Assembly: GCA_023205875.1 (NCBI GenBank)
Contig: CP060767.1
Coordinates: forward strand, 124,001 to 188,000
Length of the DNA stretch: 64,000 nt
Direction: 5' to 3'
Source of the DNA: Chloropicon primus
Taxonomy: Eukaryota
Below, one piece after another: positions 33,808 to 45,343 of this stretch. The position numbers and the translations under genes are program-made. Under the pieces are notes generated by a model. The model saw only the letters and a program-made list of their open reading frames with translations, had not been told where the DNA came from and did no database searches. The stretch's first letter is position 1. Each line of letters begins with the position of its first letter.

Positions 33808-35080
33808 ATGAGGGTTAGCAGGACAACCTTGAGGCCTCGAGGGGTGAAGCAGAGCGCGCGAGCGAGCGCATCCTCCTCCTCCTCCTCCTCCTCCTCCTCC
33901 CCCTCGGCTCCTCCTCCCCTCCACCGCGTCGAGCGGAGGAAAGGCTTGCGACTGCAAGCGACGGAAAGAGCTGGTGATGGCGTTGTTGATGCTGATGGCA
34001 CCAGGACGAGGAGGGGTACCTCGCTCGAGGTGAGCGGGGGGGAAGAATCGGCGATGTTCGAATGGAGTGAGGAGAGTCCGCGGAGCTGGTTCGCGTTCTT
34101 CTCGCTCCTCGCGGTGGTCTTCGCCGGCCTCTACGTGGCTTGGATAGATCCGGACTCTGGTATGGGGACGCCTTTCGTGGATGCAGTGGAGAGCATCTCA
34201 AGCAATCACGAGGTGAGTCGTCTCGGGTTCTCGGTATTGTTCGACATGGGACTGACGATGCTTTACTTGGCTCCTCTCATGTCCTCCCAGCTTGTGATGA
34301 TGATCTTGCTCGTGATCTTTGGAGTGGCACACAGCGGCCTCGCTGCGCTGAGGCCTGCGGGAGAGAAGCTGGTTGGGGAGCGGGCCTACAGGGTGGGGTT
34401 TGCCCTCGTCAGTCTACCTCTGGCCTTGACGACGGTGATGTACTTCATAAATCATCGGTACTCCGGGATTCCGTTGTACGACCTGAGGGACGTTCCTGGC
34501 GTCCACGAGACGGTCTGGTTGCTTTCGTTCGCCTCCTTCTTCTTCCTTTATCCATCCACCTTTAACATTCTTGAAGTGGCCGCGGTGGACGTGCCCAAGG
34601 TTCACTTGTGGGAGACCGGCGTCATTCGAATCACGAGGCACCCTCAGGTAGGATGATCCCGCATTGCGCGAGGACTCTTCGTCCGCGCCGCTTTCGCTCC
34701 AGGCACTGATGAACGTTTTTTTGCTCCTCTCTAACGTTTCGCAGATGGTGGGGCAGGTTTTATGGTCTCTGGCGCATTGCCTCTGGATGGGGAACTCGTT
34801 TGCGTGGGTCACCTCGTTTGGACTGTGCGCCTACCACCTGTTTGGCTGCTGGCACGGAGACCGGAGACTCCAAAGCAAGTTCGGGGAGGACTTTGAAGAA
34901 TTGGAGAAGAGGACAAGCGTTTGGCCATTCGTTGCGATTCTGCAGGGGAGGCAGAAGCTCCCCCCGGACTACTGGAGGGAGTGGATGAGAGTCCCTTACG
35001 CTGCCGTTACGATCTTCACCCTCGGGGCCTACGTGTGCCACCCTTTGATGCAAAGATTCTCGTACTGGCTGGATTGGTGA
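33808..35080 (+). CDS. Z-ISO: 15-cis-zeta-carotene isomerase (NnrU family), plastid, 3 exons
   Basis: HSGLAALRP.GEKLVGERAYRV, YFINHRY, YPSTFNILEVAAVD.PKVHLWETG.IRITRHPQ, WHGDRRL. Confidence 0.93.
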
Positions 35081-35131
35081 AAGGGAAAGGAAGCGTTGTA
35101 AAGTATCAATAATGTACAACAAAAATGACGA

Positions 35132-36043
35132 TCACTTGGAGACTTTGGACACGTCATCGTACTCGACCCAGAGCCTCCGCCGCCCCGCGGCCTCGATCTC
35201 GATCTCAGCCTGGAACTTCTTGGTGTTCACTCCAAGAAGCTTGGCCTTGGCGCCCTTGTGCTCTCCGCTCAGGACGAGCACCCGCCCGCCCTCCTTCGGG
35301 ATGACCGTCTCCAGCTGCTCCTGATCCACCTGGATCAAAGCACCGGTCTTGAGGTGTTCCACCTCACCGATGTGCCTGCCGCCCTGCTCCAGAACTTTCT
35401 TCACCGAGGCCTTCTCCTTGTAAAAGCCGGAGCTCTTCAGTTCCTTGGACATGATTTTGACCACAATCCCCTTGGCCAGCCAGCACCGCTTGGAGAGACA
35501 GTGAGAAGCAGAGCTCGAAGCCTGTCCCAGACCCTTCTTCTTTTTCGAGGCCTCTTGCTCCGCCATGATCTCGTCCAGGGCAGTCTTCTTCCTCCCCTGC
35601 TGGTGGCTTCCCATTCCCTGCGGGGACTCCTCGTCCTCCTCTGCGAGCAAGTTCTTGGCGCGCTGAGCTTGGGCGAGAGACGAGCCAGCAGGTTGACCCC
35701 CGGGCGCTGCGGCTTTCAAGTCGAATCCCAGAGGAGCATCCATTTCCCCCCTATTGAGTTCCGTGACTTGCTGGTCGTCCTCCGGTGATTGCGCTAACTT
35801 TTGTGCCCGGGCCACCTGAGCCTTGAGCGCCTTGGCGTGCCGAATCTCATCCGCCTCCTCGGCTCTCTTCCTCTTTTCCTTCAGCGCTCCCTGGAGTTTT
35901 TCTTGGTCACCCTTCTCCAGCAGAGTCAAGAAGAAGCCCTTATCCGTTTCTTCCACCTTGCACTTGCCCGTCTTGCCCAAGTACATCACAAAAGCTGTGA
36001 GCGACACCCACTGGAGAACGGCGAGCAACAACAAGGAAGAAAG

Positions 36044-36074
<31 letters not shown>

Positions 36075-36560
36075 GTGGCTTTGCTCGGATTCGACTCACC
36101 TTGGTCGAGTTCATGTGAACGTGGTGCCTGTCCGCGATGAACTCATTGTATAGCATGCTGGCTTGCATCCTTGTGTGCCTGTGTGCAGTTCTGAAGTGTT
36201 GCAGGAACGTCGTTTCGAACTGGCGTGAGTACTCGCCGATAATTTTCTCGGAGTTCTGTCCGAAGAGTGCCATCTGCCTCATGTGAGAGTCGCTCTTCAG
36301 GTGACACTGGAAGCCATTCTCATCCCTGCACTGCTTGTTGCACTGCACACACGCACACACACACACACACACACACAAGCGCAGAGAGAACGAACGAAGT
36401 GAAGTGAAGGTTGGTGTCAGTCGGTCGTTGAAAAGCAGAGCATCGAATGCCATCTCATCCCACTCACCATCTGGCAATACCATCGAAGTTTCTGAAGCCC
36501 TTTCGCCTTTATCTTGTTCGCTATCGCCTTGGGCGTCATGAAACCTGCTTTGGGCGACAT
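35132..36560 (-). CDS. KIN17: DNA/RNA-binding protein KIN17, 3 exons
   Basis: TPKAIANKIKAKGLQKLRWYCQM|CNKQCRDENGFQCH...HVHMNST; C-terminal KOW/SH3 LETVIP. Confidence 0.95.
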
Positions 36561-37190
36561 GATGAGAACCAACTACAAGTGACTCGTAATTCGTCTCCCT
36601 CGGGCCACGAACCGCGTCAAAACCTTCGACCGAGGGCTCTTTCGAAAGAGAAAGACACGAAGATTCCGATTGTGTTCCTACCCCCTGTTATGCGTCCCTC
36701 TACCGCCTCCCCTTGCGCTCGTTCTCCCCCTCCCTCCCCCCTCCCTCTGTCGATCCCCAAACCTCTTCCGTGTCCTCAAATCCTCACCACTGGGTCAAAT
36801 CTTTCCAACAAGGTACCGAACGAAAGATCTCGAGACGTAGCTTCCCGTCGTAACGCTTTCCGTCCCTCCCGGAGCCGTTACGTTGCCTTAATCCTTCGCC
36901 GAACCTCCTGAACCGCCTCCCTCTCCCGCAGGAGCCTCTCCAGTGTTCTGTTCTGGAGAGAAGGGAGGAGTGATCCAGTTCCGAGGGATCCAGTGGAAGC
37001 GAGCGGCGGTTTTCGTACGGAAGAGATCGCGAGGGAGAAGACAGGAAGAGGTCGGAGGGAGGAGATCACGTTAGAGTATCTCACGATCTTTCGTTTGAGC
37101 CCTCGGTTGCCATTTTTGGCGCGTCACAAGGCTCGAAGCTTTGGGACGAAGGTGTGGAGCGAGAGTGTTTCGAGGTTGGAGAGGAGGAGC

Positions 37191-38225
37191 ATGTTGGGAA
37201 GGCTGAGCCCCTTGGGAAGCGGGAGCGGAGGGGAGAAGGTGCACGTGGTGTCGTACAACGTTCTCTCGTCATCGCTTAGCTCCCCATCTCACTTCCGGGC
37301 GTGCGAACCGAAGCACTTGAGTCAGGAGCAGAGGTATGCCAAGCTGACAGCCAAGCTGGAGCAGCAAGTGAAGAGGAAGGCGGTGATCTGTCTGCAGGAA
37401 GTGAGCACGGCATGGGCCGGGCAGTTGCACAGTTTTTTTCAGAACGAGGACTACTACCTGATATCGAGTCATTACACCAAGGGGTGGCAGGGGTACATGG
37501 GCAGCGCTATCGCGTTCCCGACCAAGGCGTACGCGGCCGAGGAGGTGGAGATAGTGAGGGTTGCGGACACCAAGGCCTGGCCGAGACGTGCCAAGCCCAC
37601 GTTGTTTGACAAGGTGTCGACCACAGTGCAGTCCCTTCTGTTCGGGCCGAAGAAGGAGCAGGATCACTTCGAGTTGGCCAGGAACCGCATGAACACGATG
37701 GTCCTGGTGAAGCTGAGGAGCAGAGGCGGGGGGAACTCGTTTTGCGTGGGAACGTACCACATGCCTTGCATGTTCTGGGCACCAAAGGTGATGGTCATTC
37801 ACTCCGCGCTGGCGTGCCAGAAGGTCCAAGACTTCGCCAAGGACGACCACTGCATCCTTTTGGGCGACTTTAACTTCAAGCCCACGGACAGCTGTTACGA
37901 GTTGTGCACCAAGGGGAGCTTGAGCGAGGACGACGAGTTTTATCCGGAGGCCACGCACCCGGAGGAGTCCTGGAAGCCGGAGATGGAGTACGGGTTCGAG
38001 AGCGCTTATTTCAGGCACAACGGCGAGGAGCCCAACTTCACGAACTACGCCAAGATAAGGGACGATCCCGTCTTCATCGATACCTTGGATTACGTCTTTT
38101 ACAGTCCAAGCTTGAAGGTGGTGGACGTGCTCGATCTCCCCCACAGGGACGACGTCAAGGGCCCCCTCCCGAACGCGGAGGAACCCAGCGACCACATCAT
38201 GATTGGGGCGACCTTTGAATTATAA
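37191..38225 (+). CDS. CCR4/nocturnin-like EEP (exonuclease-endonuclease-phosphatase) protein
   Basis: VVSYNVL, VICLQEV, LLGDFN, FTNY, TLDYVFY, PSDH motifs. Confidence 0.85.
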   Translation: MLGRLSPLGSGSGGEKVHVVSYNVLSSSLSSPSHFRACEPKHLSQEQRYAKLTAKLEQQVKRKAVICLQEVSTAWAGQLHSFFQNEDYYLISSHYTKGWQGYMGSAIAFPTKAYAAEEVEIVRVADTKAWPRRAKPTLFDKVSTTVQSLLFGPKKEQDHFELARNRMNTMVLVKLRSRGGGNSFCVGTYHMPCMFWAPKVMVIHSALACQKVQDFAKDDHCILLGDFNFKPTDSCYELCTKGSLSEDDEFYPEATHPEESWKPEMEYGFESAYFRHNGEEPNFTNYAKIRDDPVFIDTLDYVFYSPSLKVVDVLDLPHRDDVKGPLPNAEEPSDHIMIGATFEL

Positions 38226-38671
38226 TCCACCTCTCCTCCTGTTCGTACAACAACACTTCAACACACGTCGAAAGCCTGCTAGGGCTATCCTCAACCCCTT
38301 CCCTGTCCTTGTCCCCAGCAAGGGAGGGCTCATCGGAAAGGGGAAGAGGCGGAGGAAGACGAGGCAGCAGTTCCACCTGCAAGTGCTGGCACCCTCCTCC
38401 TCCTCCTCCTCCTCCTCCTCATCATCATCATCATCATCATCATCACTCCCCTCCTCGATCCAACCCCTCTGCTGCTCAATCGAAAAGAGGAAAGAGGCGG
38501 AAGACAAGGCAAGGAGGCAGTGGTTCTTGTTGGGAGGCAGAGACAAGAGAGGGGCGGAGCTCGTGAAGGGGGACCACCGCATCGATCGAAAGATCTTTTC
38601 AAGACCTTTCCATCGACACCCTTCATCACCTGTTTGGTTTGGTTGTCCTTGAAGGCATTGAACCAAAAAGG

Positions 38672-41600
38672 ATGAGGAGGTCGTTCCTCGGTACCTTGTG
38701 TTGCTGCGGTGTTGCTCAGGTGGAGAAGGATGACGGGCCGTCGGTTACTCCGCCGTCGTCGTCCAACATCCCAAAGGTGGCTCTGGGCTTTCCCGAAGGA
38801 AGGGACGTCCCAGTTCTGCAGTTAAACGTAAATGGCGAGACCTACCTCGTCGAGGATCCTGACCCAGAGATGCTGCTGGTGGATTGGTTGAGGGGCATGG
38901 GATTGACGGGGACCAAGAAGAGTTGCGGAGAGGGAGGATGCGGAGCTTGCACCGTGATGCTGCAAAGGTCGTTGGACGGGGAGTGGACGAAGGGCAAGCC
39001 GATTAACTCGTGTTTGTGTCCATTGGTGTCCCTCGACGGGGCGAGGGTAACGACGATAGAGGGCGTTGGAAGCAAAGAGAAGGGGTTTCACCCGATACAG
39101 AAGAAGCTCGCGGAGTGCAATGGATCCCAGTGTGGATTCTGCTCTCCAGGATTTGTGATGAACATGTACTCGTTGCTCCAGGAGAACTCTGCGCCGACGC
39201 CGGAAGACATTGAGAATAGGTTCGAAGGAAATATTTGCAGGTGCACGGGGTACAGGCCGATCTTGGACGCCTTCCACTCGATTGGTGGTGACATCGAGGA
39301 CATTGCCAACGGATCCTGCAAGGCCAACTGCGGCTGCTCTACCGATTGCAGAGCGTGCGAGAAACAGAAACCAGCCAAGGCGGCGGCAGCGAGAACGGAG
39401 AAGGAGAAGAAGGGATTGACGTTTTACAGAAACTCCGATGGGACGAAGTGGACGCAGCCGACCTCCCTCAGCCAGCTTTGCGATCTGATGACCTCCTCCC
39501 CGGATTTCGTGCTCGTGGCCTCTAACACGGGCCTCAAGGGCGTGGAAAAGTACTATTCTGGCGCGGCATGGGGAAAGCCGACAGAAAAGCCGTCGCTTCT
39601 GATAAACATCTCCAAAGTGCAAGAGCTCAGCTTCGTGCAGGAGAACTCCAATGGCGTGGAGCTCGGCGCTTTGACGACCTTGAGCGAAGCGATAGAGTCC
39701 CTCCAGGAGATGGGTGGCAAGGGGGCGACTCTGAGCGATCACATCAAGAAAGTTGCGTCGCACCAGGTGAGGTCGGTCGCCACGGTCGGTGGTAACCTTA
39801 GCCTGCATTGGAAGCACAACGCTTTCCCATCCGATTTGGTCCTCATTCTCGCGGGTGCCGGTGCGTCAGTGAGTCTGGTGGACCCGAAGACAAACAAAGT
39901 GTCGTGGGTCGCCATCGAGCGGGTGGAATCGATCAACGGGCTCGTCCTAAGGTCAGTCTTGATTCCATCTGACGATCCCGGTGACACTGTCTCCTTTAAG
40001 ACCTTCAGGATCAGCAAACGCCACCAGAACGCCCACGCGATCGTGAACGCCGCCTTCCAGCTCAAGATGGATGACTCCAAGACCATCAAAGACGCCAGGA
40101 TTTTTTACGGAGGTGTAGGGAAGGAGGGGCTGCATTCGGCGCCTCAGACTGAGACCCTGCTCACGCTTAAGAGGCTGAATGACAACGGCCTTCTCCAGCA
40201 AGCGCTTCAGAGTTTGAAGTCTGAAGTTGTGCCGAATGCCAGTGACAGGCAAAAGAAGTACAAGGAGAATTTGGTTTTATCGTTCTTCTACAAGTTCTTC
40301 TTGGGGGTCAAGGACTTCCAGAGGCCGGTCTCTCAGGGAACTGCAGACTTCGAGGGAGCAGAGAACAAGGATGAATTCCCGATCTCCTCCCCGATCCCAA
40401 AGCGCGCCGCGCTAACCAATACTTCTGGGGAGACGTTGTACGTAGACGATCTTCCCTCGTTCGAGTCGGCCCTGCACTGCTCCTTTGTTTTGTCCCAAGT
40501 CGGCTGCTGCGAGTCGTTCGAAATGGACTACTCCCAAGCCGTGACAATGCCCGGTGTCTCAAAGATCATCGACGCTTCGCTCCTTTCGGCAGTGCAGAAT
40601 TCTGTCAGCCCGAGCGGCGAGCCGCTTTTTGCTTTGCCCAAAGCTGGCATCGCTTACGCGGGCCAGAGATTGGCCTTGGTTGTGGCTGACTCTGAACTTC
40701 ACGCTGAGTCCGCGGCCAACGCAATCAAAGTGACCTATAACAGTCCCTCAAACCCGATTCTGACCATAGAGGATGCAATTCAGAAGAAGTCCTTCTATAA
40801 CTCAAAACCGGAGACCTTTGGCAAGGGAGATGCGTCCGCGGCAATGAAAGCCTCTGACGTCAAGCTGAGTGGAACAGCTTCGTGCGGGCACCAGCACCAT
40901 TTTTACATGGAGGTGCAGACCGCGGCGGCCACGGTGTCATCGGATGGCGTAAAAGTCTGTGTCTCAACGCAAGGCCCAGGATTGATCAGCGACGCGGTCT
41001 CCTCTGCTCTTGGTTTAGCGAAAAGTCAGGTCGAGGTGGTCCAGGGATATGCGGGAGGCGCATACGGCGGCAAGAGCTCCAAATCGATTCCCTGCGCCCT
41101 CGCCGCAAGTCTTGCCTCTCACTTCACTATGAAACCATGCAAAATCAGGTTGGAGCTGAACAAAAACCTGCTCTCGCTGGGGTCCAGGAGGCCTCATCGG
41201 TTTGATTACGAGGTTGGCTGCACAAAGGACGGCAAGATCAATGCCATATCCGGCACGGTCTACTACCAGCAAGGCGCATATCTTGATTTTGGAGATCTCG
41301 GTGGCCTCGACGTGCTGCAGATGAGCATTGATGGGGCGTATAATATTGAGAATTGGAGTTTGTGTGGGTACGAGTGCAAAACGAATACGCCGGGAAACAC
41401 GTTCTGCAGAGGGCCTGTGTTTTTACCTGGCACGTTCCTCATTGAGAGCGTTCTGGACCACGTGGCCTTCACCGTGGGCGCCGATGCGGAGACTGTCAAG
41501 GCCTTGAACTTGTACAACCAAGGCGACGTGTCCTTGGCAGGCCAGAAGCTCGTGGATTGCCACGTCAGGGACACGTTTGATCTGTGCCTCTCGAAAAGCG

Positions 41601-42601
41601 ATTTCGGGTCCAGGGCGAAAGCCGTGGAGGACTTCAATGCAAACAATGCGCTCATGAAGAAGGGCCTGGCCGTCTGTCCTTCTAAATATATGATGAATCC
41701 CTGCACCGGTTTCCCCGCCCTCGTTTCGATTTACGAGGACGCCTCGGTCTTGATTCAGCACAGCGGGTGCGAAATCGGCCAGGGGCTGAACATCAAAGCG
41801 ATTCAAACGGCGGCTTACGAGCTCGGGGTGGATTGCGGCCTGGTATCTTGCAGTGCCACTTCATCTTGGATCGCCGGGTCTCACAATGTCACGGGAGGGT
41901 CCACGACGAGCGAGGCGATTTGTGCGTCCACCCTCTTGGCTTGCCAAGAGCTCAAGGAGAGGATCAGACCGGTGAAGGAGAAGAACCCCTCCCTCGATTG
42001 GCCCCAGCTCATTGCCAAGTGCTACCAGCAGGGTGTTGACATGGCCGCGAGATCGGTGTACACGGGCCAGAAGGAGCCTGGGGTCCTGCCTGATGGCCAG
42101 GACAACGGGCCGTCGCCCTACGTGAGCTACGGCTGCGCTGCGGTCGAGGTGTTGGTCGACGTGCTGACGGGAGAAGTCCAGATCTTGAGGGTCGACGTGA
42201 TCCAGGACAACGGTATAAGCCTGAACACGGCCGTGGACGTCGGGCAGATTCAGGGATCCTTCGTGATGGGCTTGGGATACATGCTCACGGAAGAATTCGT
42301 TTGGGATGAGGACGGAGCGAATGTCGCCAACGGCACGTGGGAATACAAACCTTTCTCCTCCTTGGACATCCCGATCGAGTTTAACGCCACACTGTTGCCA
42401 AACTCCCCCAACTCTCACGGGGTCCTTGGCAGCAAGAGCGTCGGGGAGCCGCCTCTGATCCTCTCCGCCGCGGCGGTCTCGGCAGTCCGCAAGGCGATCC
42501 AGTCCCTGAAGCAGAACTCCGACGACTTCTGCTTCCTCAGCGCCCCGGCCACGGTGGAGAAGATCCAACTCGCTTGCAACAACAACCTCCTCGCTCCTTG
42601 A
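38672..42601 (+). CDS. Molybdo-flavoenzyme of the xanthine dehydrogenase/aldehyde oxidase family, AO-like; intronless
   Basis: GTKKSCGEGGCGAC, QCGFCSPGF, GNICRCTGYRPI 2Fe-2S motifs; FAD domain; HFYME, GQIQGSFVMG, SKSVGEPP. Confidence 0.93.
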   Translation: MRRSFLGTLCCCGVAQVEKDDGPSVTPPSSSNIPKVALGFPEGRDVPVLQLNVNGETYLVEDPDPEMLLVDWLRGMGLTGTKKSCGEGGCGACTVMLQRSLDGEWTKGKPINSCLCPLVSLDGARVTTIEGVGSKEKGFHPIQKKLAECNGSQCGFCSPGFVMNMYSLLQENSAPTPEDIENRFEGNICRCTGYRPILDAFHSIGGDIEDIANGSCKANCGCSTDCRACEKQKPAKAAAARTEKEKKGLTFYRNSDGTKWTQPTSLSQLCDLMTSSPDFVLVASNTGLKGVEKYYSGAAWGKPTEKPSLLINISKVQELSFVQENSNGVELGALTTLSEAIESLQEMGGKGATLSDHIKKVASHQVRSVATVGGNLSLHWKHNAFPSDLVLILAGAGASVSLVDPKTNKVSWVAIERVESINGLVLRSVLIPSDDPGDTVSFKTFRISKRHQNAHAIVNAAFQLKMDDSKTIKDARIFYGGVGKEGLHSAPQTETLLTLKRLNDNGLLQQALQSLKSEVVPNASDRQKKYKENLVLSFFYKFFLGVKDFQRPVSQGTADFEGAENKDEFPISSPIPKRAALTNTSGETLYVDDLPSFESALHCSFVLSQVGCCESFEMDYSQAVTMPGVSKIIDASLLSAVQNSVSPSGEPLFALPKAGIAYAGQRLALVVADSELHAESAANAIKVTYNSPSNPILTIEDAIQKKSFYNSKPETFGKGDASAAMKASDVKLSGTASCGHQHHFYMEVQTAAATVSSDGVKVCVSTQGPGLISDAVSSALGLAKSQVEVVQGYAGGAYGGKSSKSIPCALAASLASHFTMKPCKIRLELNKNLLSLGSRRPHRFDYEVGCTKDGKINAISGTVYYQQGAYLDFGDLGGLDVLQMSIDGAYNIENWSLCGYECKTNTPGNTFCRGPVFLPGTFLIESVLDHVAFTVGADAETVKALNLYNQGDVSLAGQKLVDCHVRDTFDLCLSKSDFGSRAKAVEDFNANNALMKKGLAVCPSKYMMNPCTGFPALVSIYEDASVLIQHSGCEIGQGLNIKAIQTAAYELGVDCGLVSCSATSSWIAGSHNVTGGSTTSEAICASTLLACQELKERIRPVKEKNPSLDWPQLIAKCYQQGVDMAARSVYTGQKEPGVLPDGQDNGPSPYVSYGCAAVEVLVDVLTGEVQILRVDVIQDNGISLNTAVDVGQIQGSFVMGLGYMLTEEFVWDEDGANVANGTWEYKPFSSLDIPIEFNATLLPNSPNSHGVLGSKSVGEPPLILSAAAVSAVRKAIQSLKQNSDDFCFLSAPATVEKIQLACNNNLLAP

Positions 42602-42748
42602 TGTTCTGCATCATCATGATAAGAGAGAAGGGGGGCTGAGTTGTCGTCGTGTAGAATTATTGTCGTCGTTATTGAAACCCACATACATTATCTATAATCT
42701 ATAAATATAAATATAATCGTTGTCAATCGACCCGACAATATGATCATT

Positions 42749-43128
42749 AGGATGGCGGACGAGAGCATCCATCAGCCTCCACCCCTCCACTGTGAGGATG
42801 ATTGAGGATGGCGGACGAGAGCATCCATCAGCCTCCACCCCTCCACTGTGAGGATGATTGAGGATGGCGGACGAGAGCATCCATCAGCCTCCACCCCTCC
42901 ACTGTGAGGATGATTGAGGATGGCGGACGAGAGCATCCATCAGCCTCCACCCCTCCACTGTGAGGATGATTGAGGATGGCGGACGAGAGCATCCATCAGC
43001 CTCCACCCCTCCACTGTGAGGATGATTGAGGATGGCGGACGAGAGCATCCATCAGCCTCCACCCCTCCACTGTGAGGATGATTGAGGATGGCGGACGAGA
43101 GCATCCATCAGCCTCCACCCCTCCACTG
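42749..43128. repeat. Perfect 56-bp minisatellite, ~6.8 copies
   Basis: GGATGGCGGACGAGAGCATCCATCAGCCTCCACCCCTCCACTGTGAGGATGATTGA at 42750, 42806 ... 43086. Confidence 0.97.
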
Positions 43129-43433
43129 GCATTCATTGCAGACTTTTACTTCATTCTCCGATCGATCGATCAGTTTGGGTGGCTAGGAGCGCGCCGTCAC
43201 CAGGAACAGAAGGAGGTAAGTTTCACGAGGAGGGCGAGAACGAGAACGCGACGCGAGGGGAGGACGAGAACAAGTTATCGATGAAACCGTTGTGTCGTGA
43301 GGTTTCCGTCGACCCCTCACTCGAAAGAAATGACGTCATGAGGAAGCTGAAAAGTGTTTTTGATGTTTTTTTTGTTTTTTTTTATCGGGATCATGGGTAT
43401 AGAGTGTGGAGGCGAGCGTCGTCACGTCACGGG

Positions 43434-45275
43434 ATGCCTTCGGACAGGAAGAAGAAGAAGGCCAAGGCCAAGGCGGCGAAGAAGGACGCGAAGCTCGGAT
43501 TGGAGAGCAAAGCGAGCGCTGAGGATGGGGAGAAGAAGGATGCGTCGAAGCCGGACAACGGGAGGCCAACGAGCGAGGACCTCGGGTTTCATATTCGCAC
43601 GGGACCCGACTGCGCCCTCCGCCAGTCGCTTGACATGAACATCAAGGTGGAGAACTTCGGTCTGGCGGCGGGGAGTCGCGAGCTGATCGGCTCGGGGACC
43701 TTGGCCTTGACGTACGGAGTGAAGTACGGCCTGGTGGGAAGGAATGGGGTAGGCAAGTCGACCCTGCTTCGCGCGATTGCCAAGAAGCAGATCAAGCTGC
43801 CGGAGTTCCTCCACATTATTCACGTGGAGCAGGAGTGCGTTGGCGACGGGAGGACCGCGCTGCAGACGGTGATGGACGCTGACAAGGAGAGGGACTGGCT
43901 TTTGAAGACGGAGAAAGACCTCGTGGACAACGAGAAGGACGAGGACGAGTGGGGGATCAACTTGAATGAGATCTACGAGAGGCTGGACGAGCTTGACGCG
44001 GATGGGGCGGAGTCCAGGGCTGCTACGATTTTGAGCGGTCTCGGGTTCGACACTGACATGCAGGGCAAGGCCACGAGGGAGTACAGTGGTGGCTGGAGGA
44101 TGAGAATAGCCCTGGCGGAGGCCCTCTTCGTGCAGCCGGATCTCCTTCTACTTGACGAGCCCACGAACCACTTGGACGTCAACGCCCTGACGTGGCTCGA
44201 AGCTTTCTTGCAGCAATGGGACAAGACCGTCGTGATCGTCTCCCACGACAGAGGTTTCTTGAACAAGTGCTCTACGGCGACGATATTCTTGCACAGGAAG
44301 AGGCTTTGGTACTATGGCGGAAGCTACGACACGTTTTTGAAGGTGAGAGCCGAGCACAGGTCGAACCAGGAGTCCATGAAGAAGGTTCAGGACAGGAGGA
44401 CGGCCCATCTCAAGCAATTCATCGCGAGGTTCGGCCAGGGGCACAAGAAGATGGCGAGGCAAGCGCAGTCGAGGATGAAGATGCTCAAGAAGCTCCAGGA
44501 CGAGGCCGTCGACGTCGATTACGACGACCCTTATCTCAAGCTCGAGTTCCCTTGCGCCCAGCCCCTTCCGCCTCCGTGCATCTCGGTCATCAACGTCGAG
44601 TTTGGATACGAGCTGGACAAGCCGCCTCTGTACAGGGACTTGAACTTCGGTTTGGATATGGACTCGAGGGTCGCGGTGGTCGGGCCCAACGGTGCGGGTA
44701 AGTCCACGTTCTTGAAGCTCCTGGACGGCGAGATCGTGCCTACGGAGGGGAGCGTCAACAGGCACTGCAAGCTCAGGCTTGCCAAGTTCTCGCAGCATCA
44801 CTTGGACATGCTTGACGTGAAGAGCAATTCGGTGACCCACATGAGGAGGCTGGACGAGGATGTATCGGTGGAGGAGGCCAGGAAGTACCTCGGCAGGTTT
44901 GGACTTTCGGGAGACTTGGCGCTGCAGACGATAGAGTCGCTCAGTGGTGGACAAAAATCGAGGCTGGCCTTTGCCGAGTTGGCGTGGAGAAAGCCCCACA
45001 TCCTGCTTCTCGATGAGCCCACAAACCATTTGGATTTGGAGACCATCGAGGCCATGGCCATGGCCCTGAACAAGTTTGACGGCGGGGTTGTTCTGGTGTC
45101 CCACGACGAGAGGCTCATCGATTTGGTTGCAGACGAGCTCTGGGTGGTAGAGAAGGGTGTGAAAGGAAAGCCAGGGAAGGTGGTTGTGTTTGACGGAAGT
45201 TTCTCAGAGTATAGGTCAAAACTTGAGAGAGAATTCGAGCAGAAGAATCTGATTCAAGGAAAGGACGAGTACTAG
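43434..45275 (+). CDS. ABCF-family ATP-binding protein (two ABC domains, no TM segments)
   Basis: GRNGVGKST, YSGGWRMR, LLLDEPTNHLD; GPNGAGKST, LSGGQKSR, LLDEPTNHLD. Confidence 0.93.
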   Translation: MPSDRKKKKAKAKAAKKDAKLGLESKASAEDGEKKDASKPDNGRPTSEDLGFHIRTGPDCALRQSLDMNIKVENFGLAAGSRELIGSGTLALTYGVKYGLVGRNGVGKSTLLRAIAKKQIKLPEFLHIIHVEQECVGDGRTALQTVMDADKERDWLLKTEKDLVDNEKDEDEWGINLNEIYERLDELDADGAESRAATILSGLGFDTDMQGKATREYSGGWRMRIALAEALFVQPDLLLLDEPTNHLDVNALTWLEAFLQQWDKTVVIVSHDRGFLNKCSTATIFLHRKRLWYYGGSYDTFLKVRAEHRSNQESMKKVQDRRTAHLKQFIARFGQGHKKMARQAQSRMKMLKKLQDEAVDVDYDDPYLKLEFPCAQPLPPPCISVINVEFGYELDKPPLYRDLNFGLDMDSRVAVVGPNGAGKSTFLKLLDGEIVPTEGSVNRHCKLRLAKFSQHHLDMLDVKSNSVTHMRRLDEDVSVEEARKYLGRFGLSGDLALQTIESLSGGQKSRLAFAELAWRKPHILLLDEPTNHLDLETIEAMAMALNKFDGGVVLVSHDERLIDLVADELWVVEKGVKGKPGKVVVFDGSFSEYRSKLEREFEQKNLIQGKDEY

Positions 45276-45343
45276 TGGAAGACTCACACAAGTTACGCTG
45301 AGGAGACCAACGAAAAACAAATGTGTTATACAAAACTGCTAAT

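Noticed and set aside
42749..43128. Possible CRISPR array
   Set aside because: Units are identical end to end with no unique spacers, there are no cas genes, and the context is eukaryotic.
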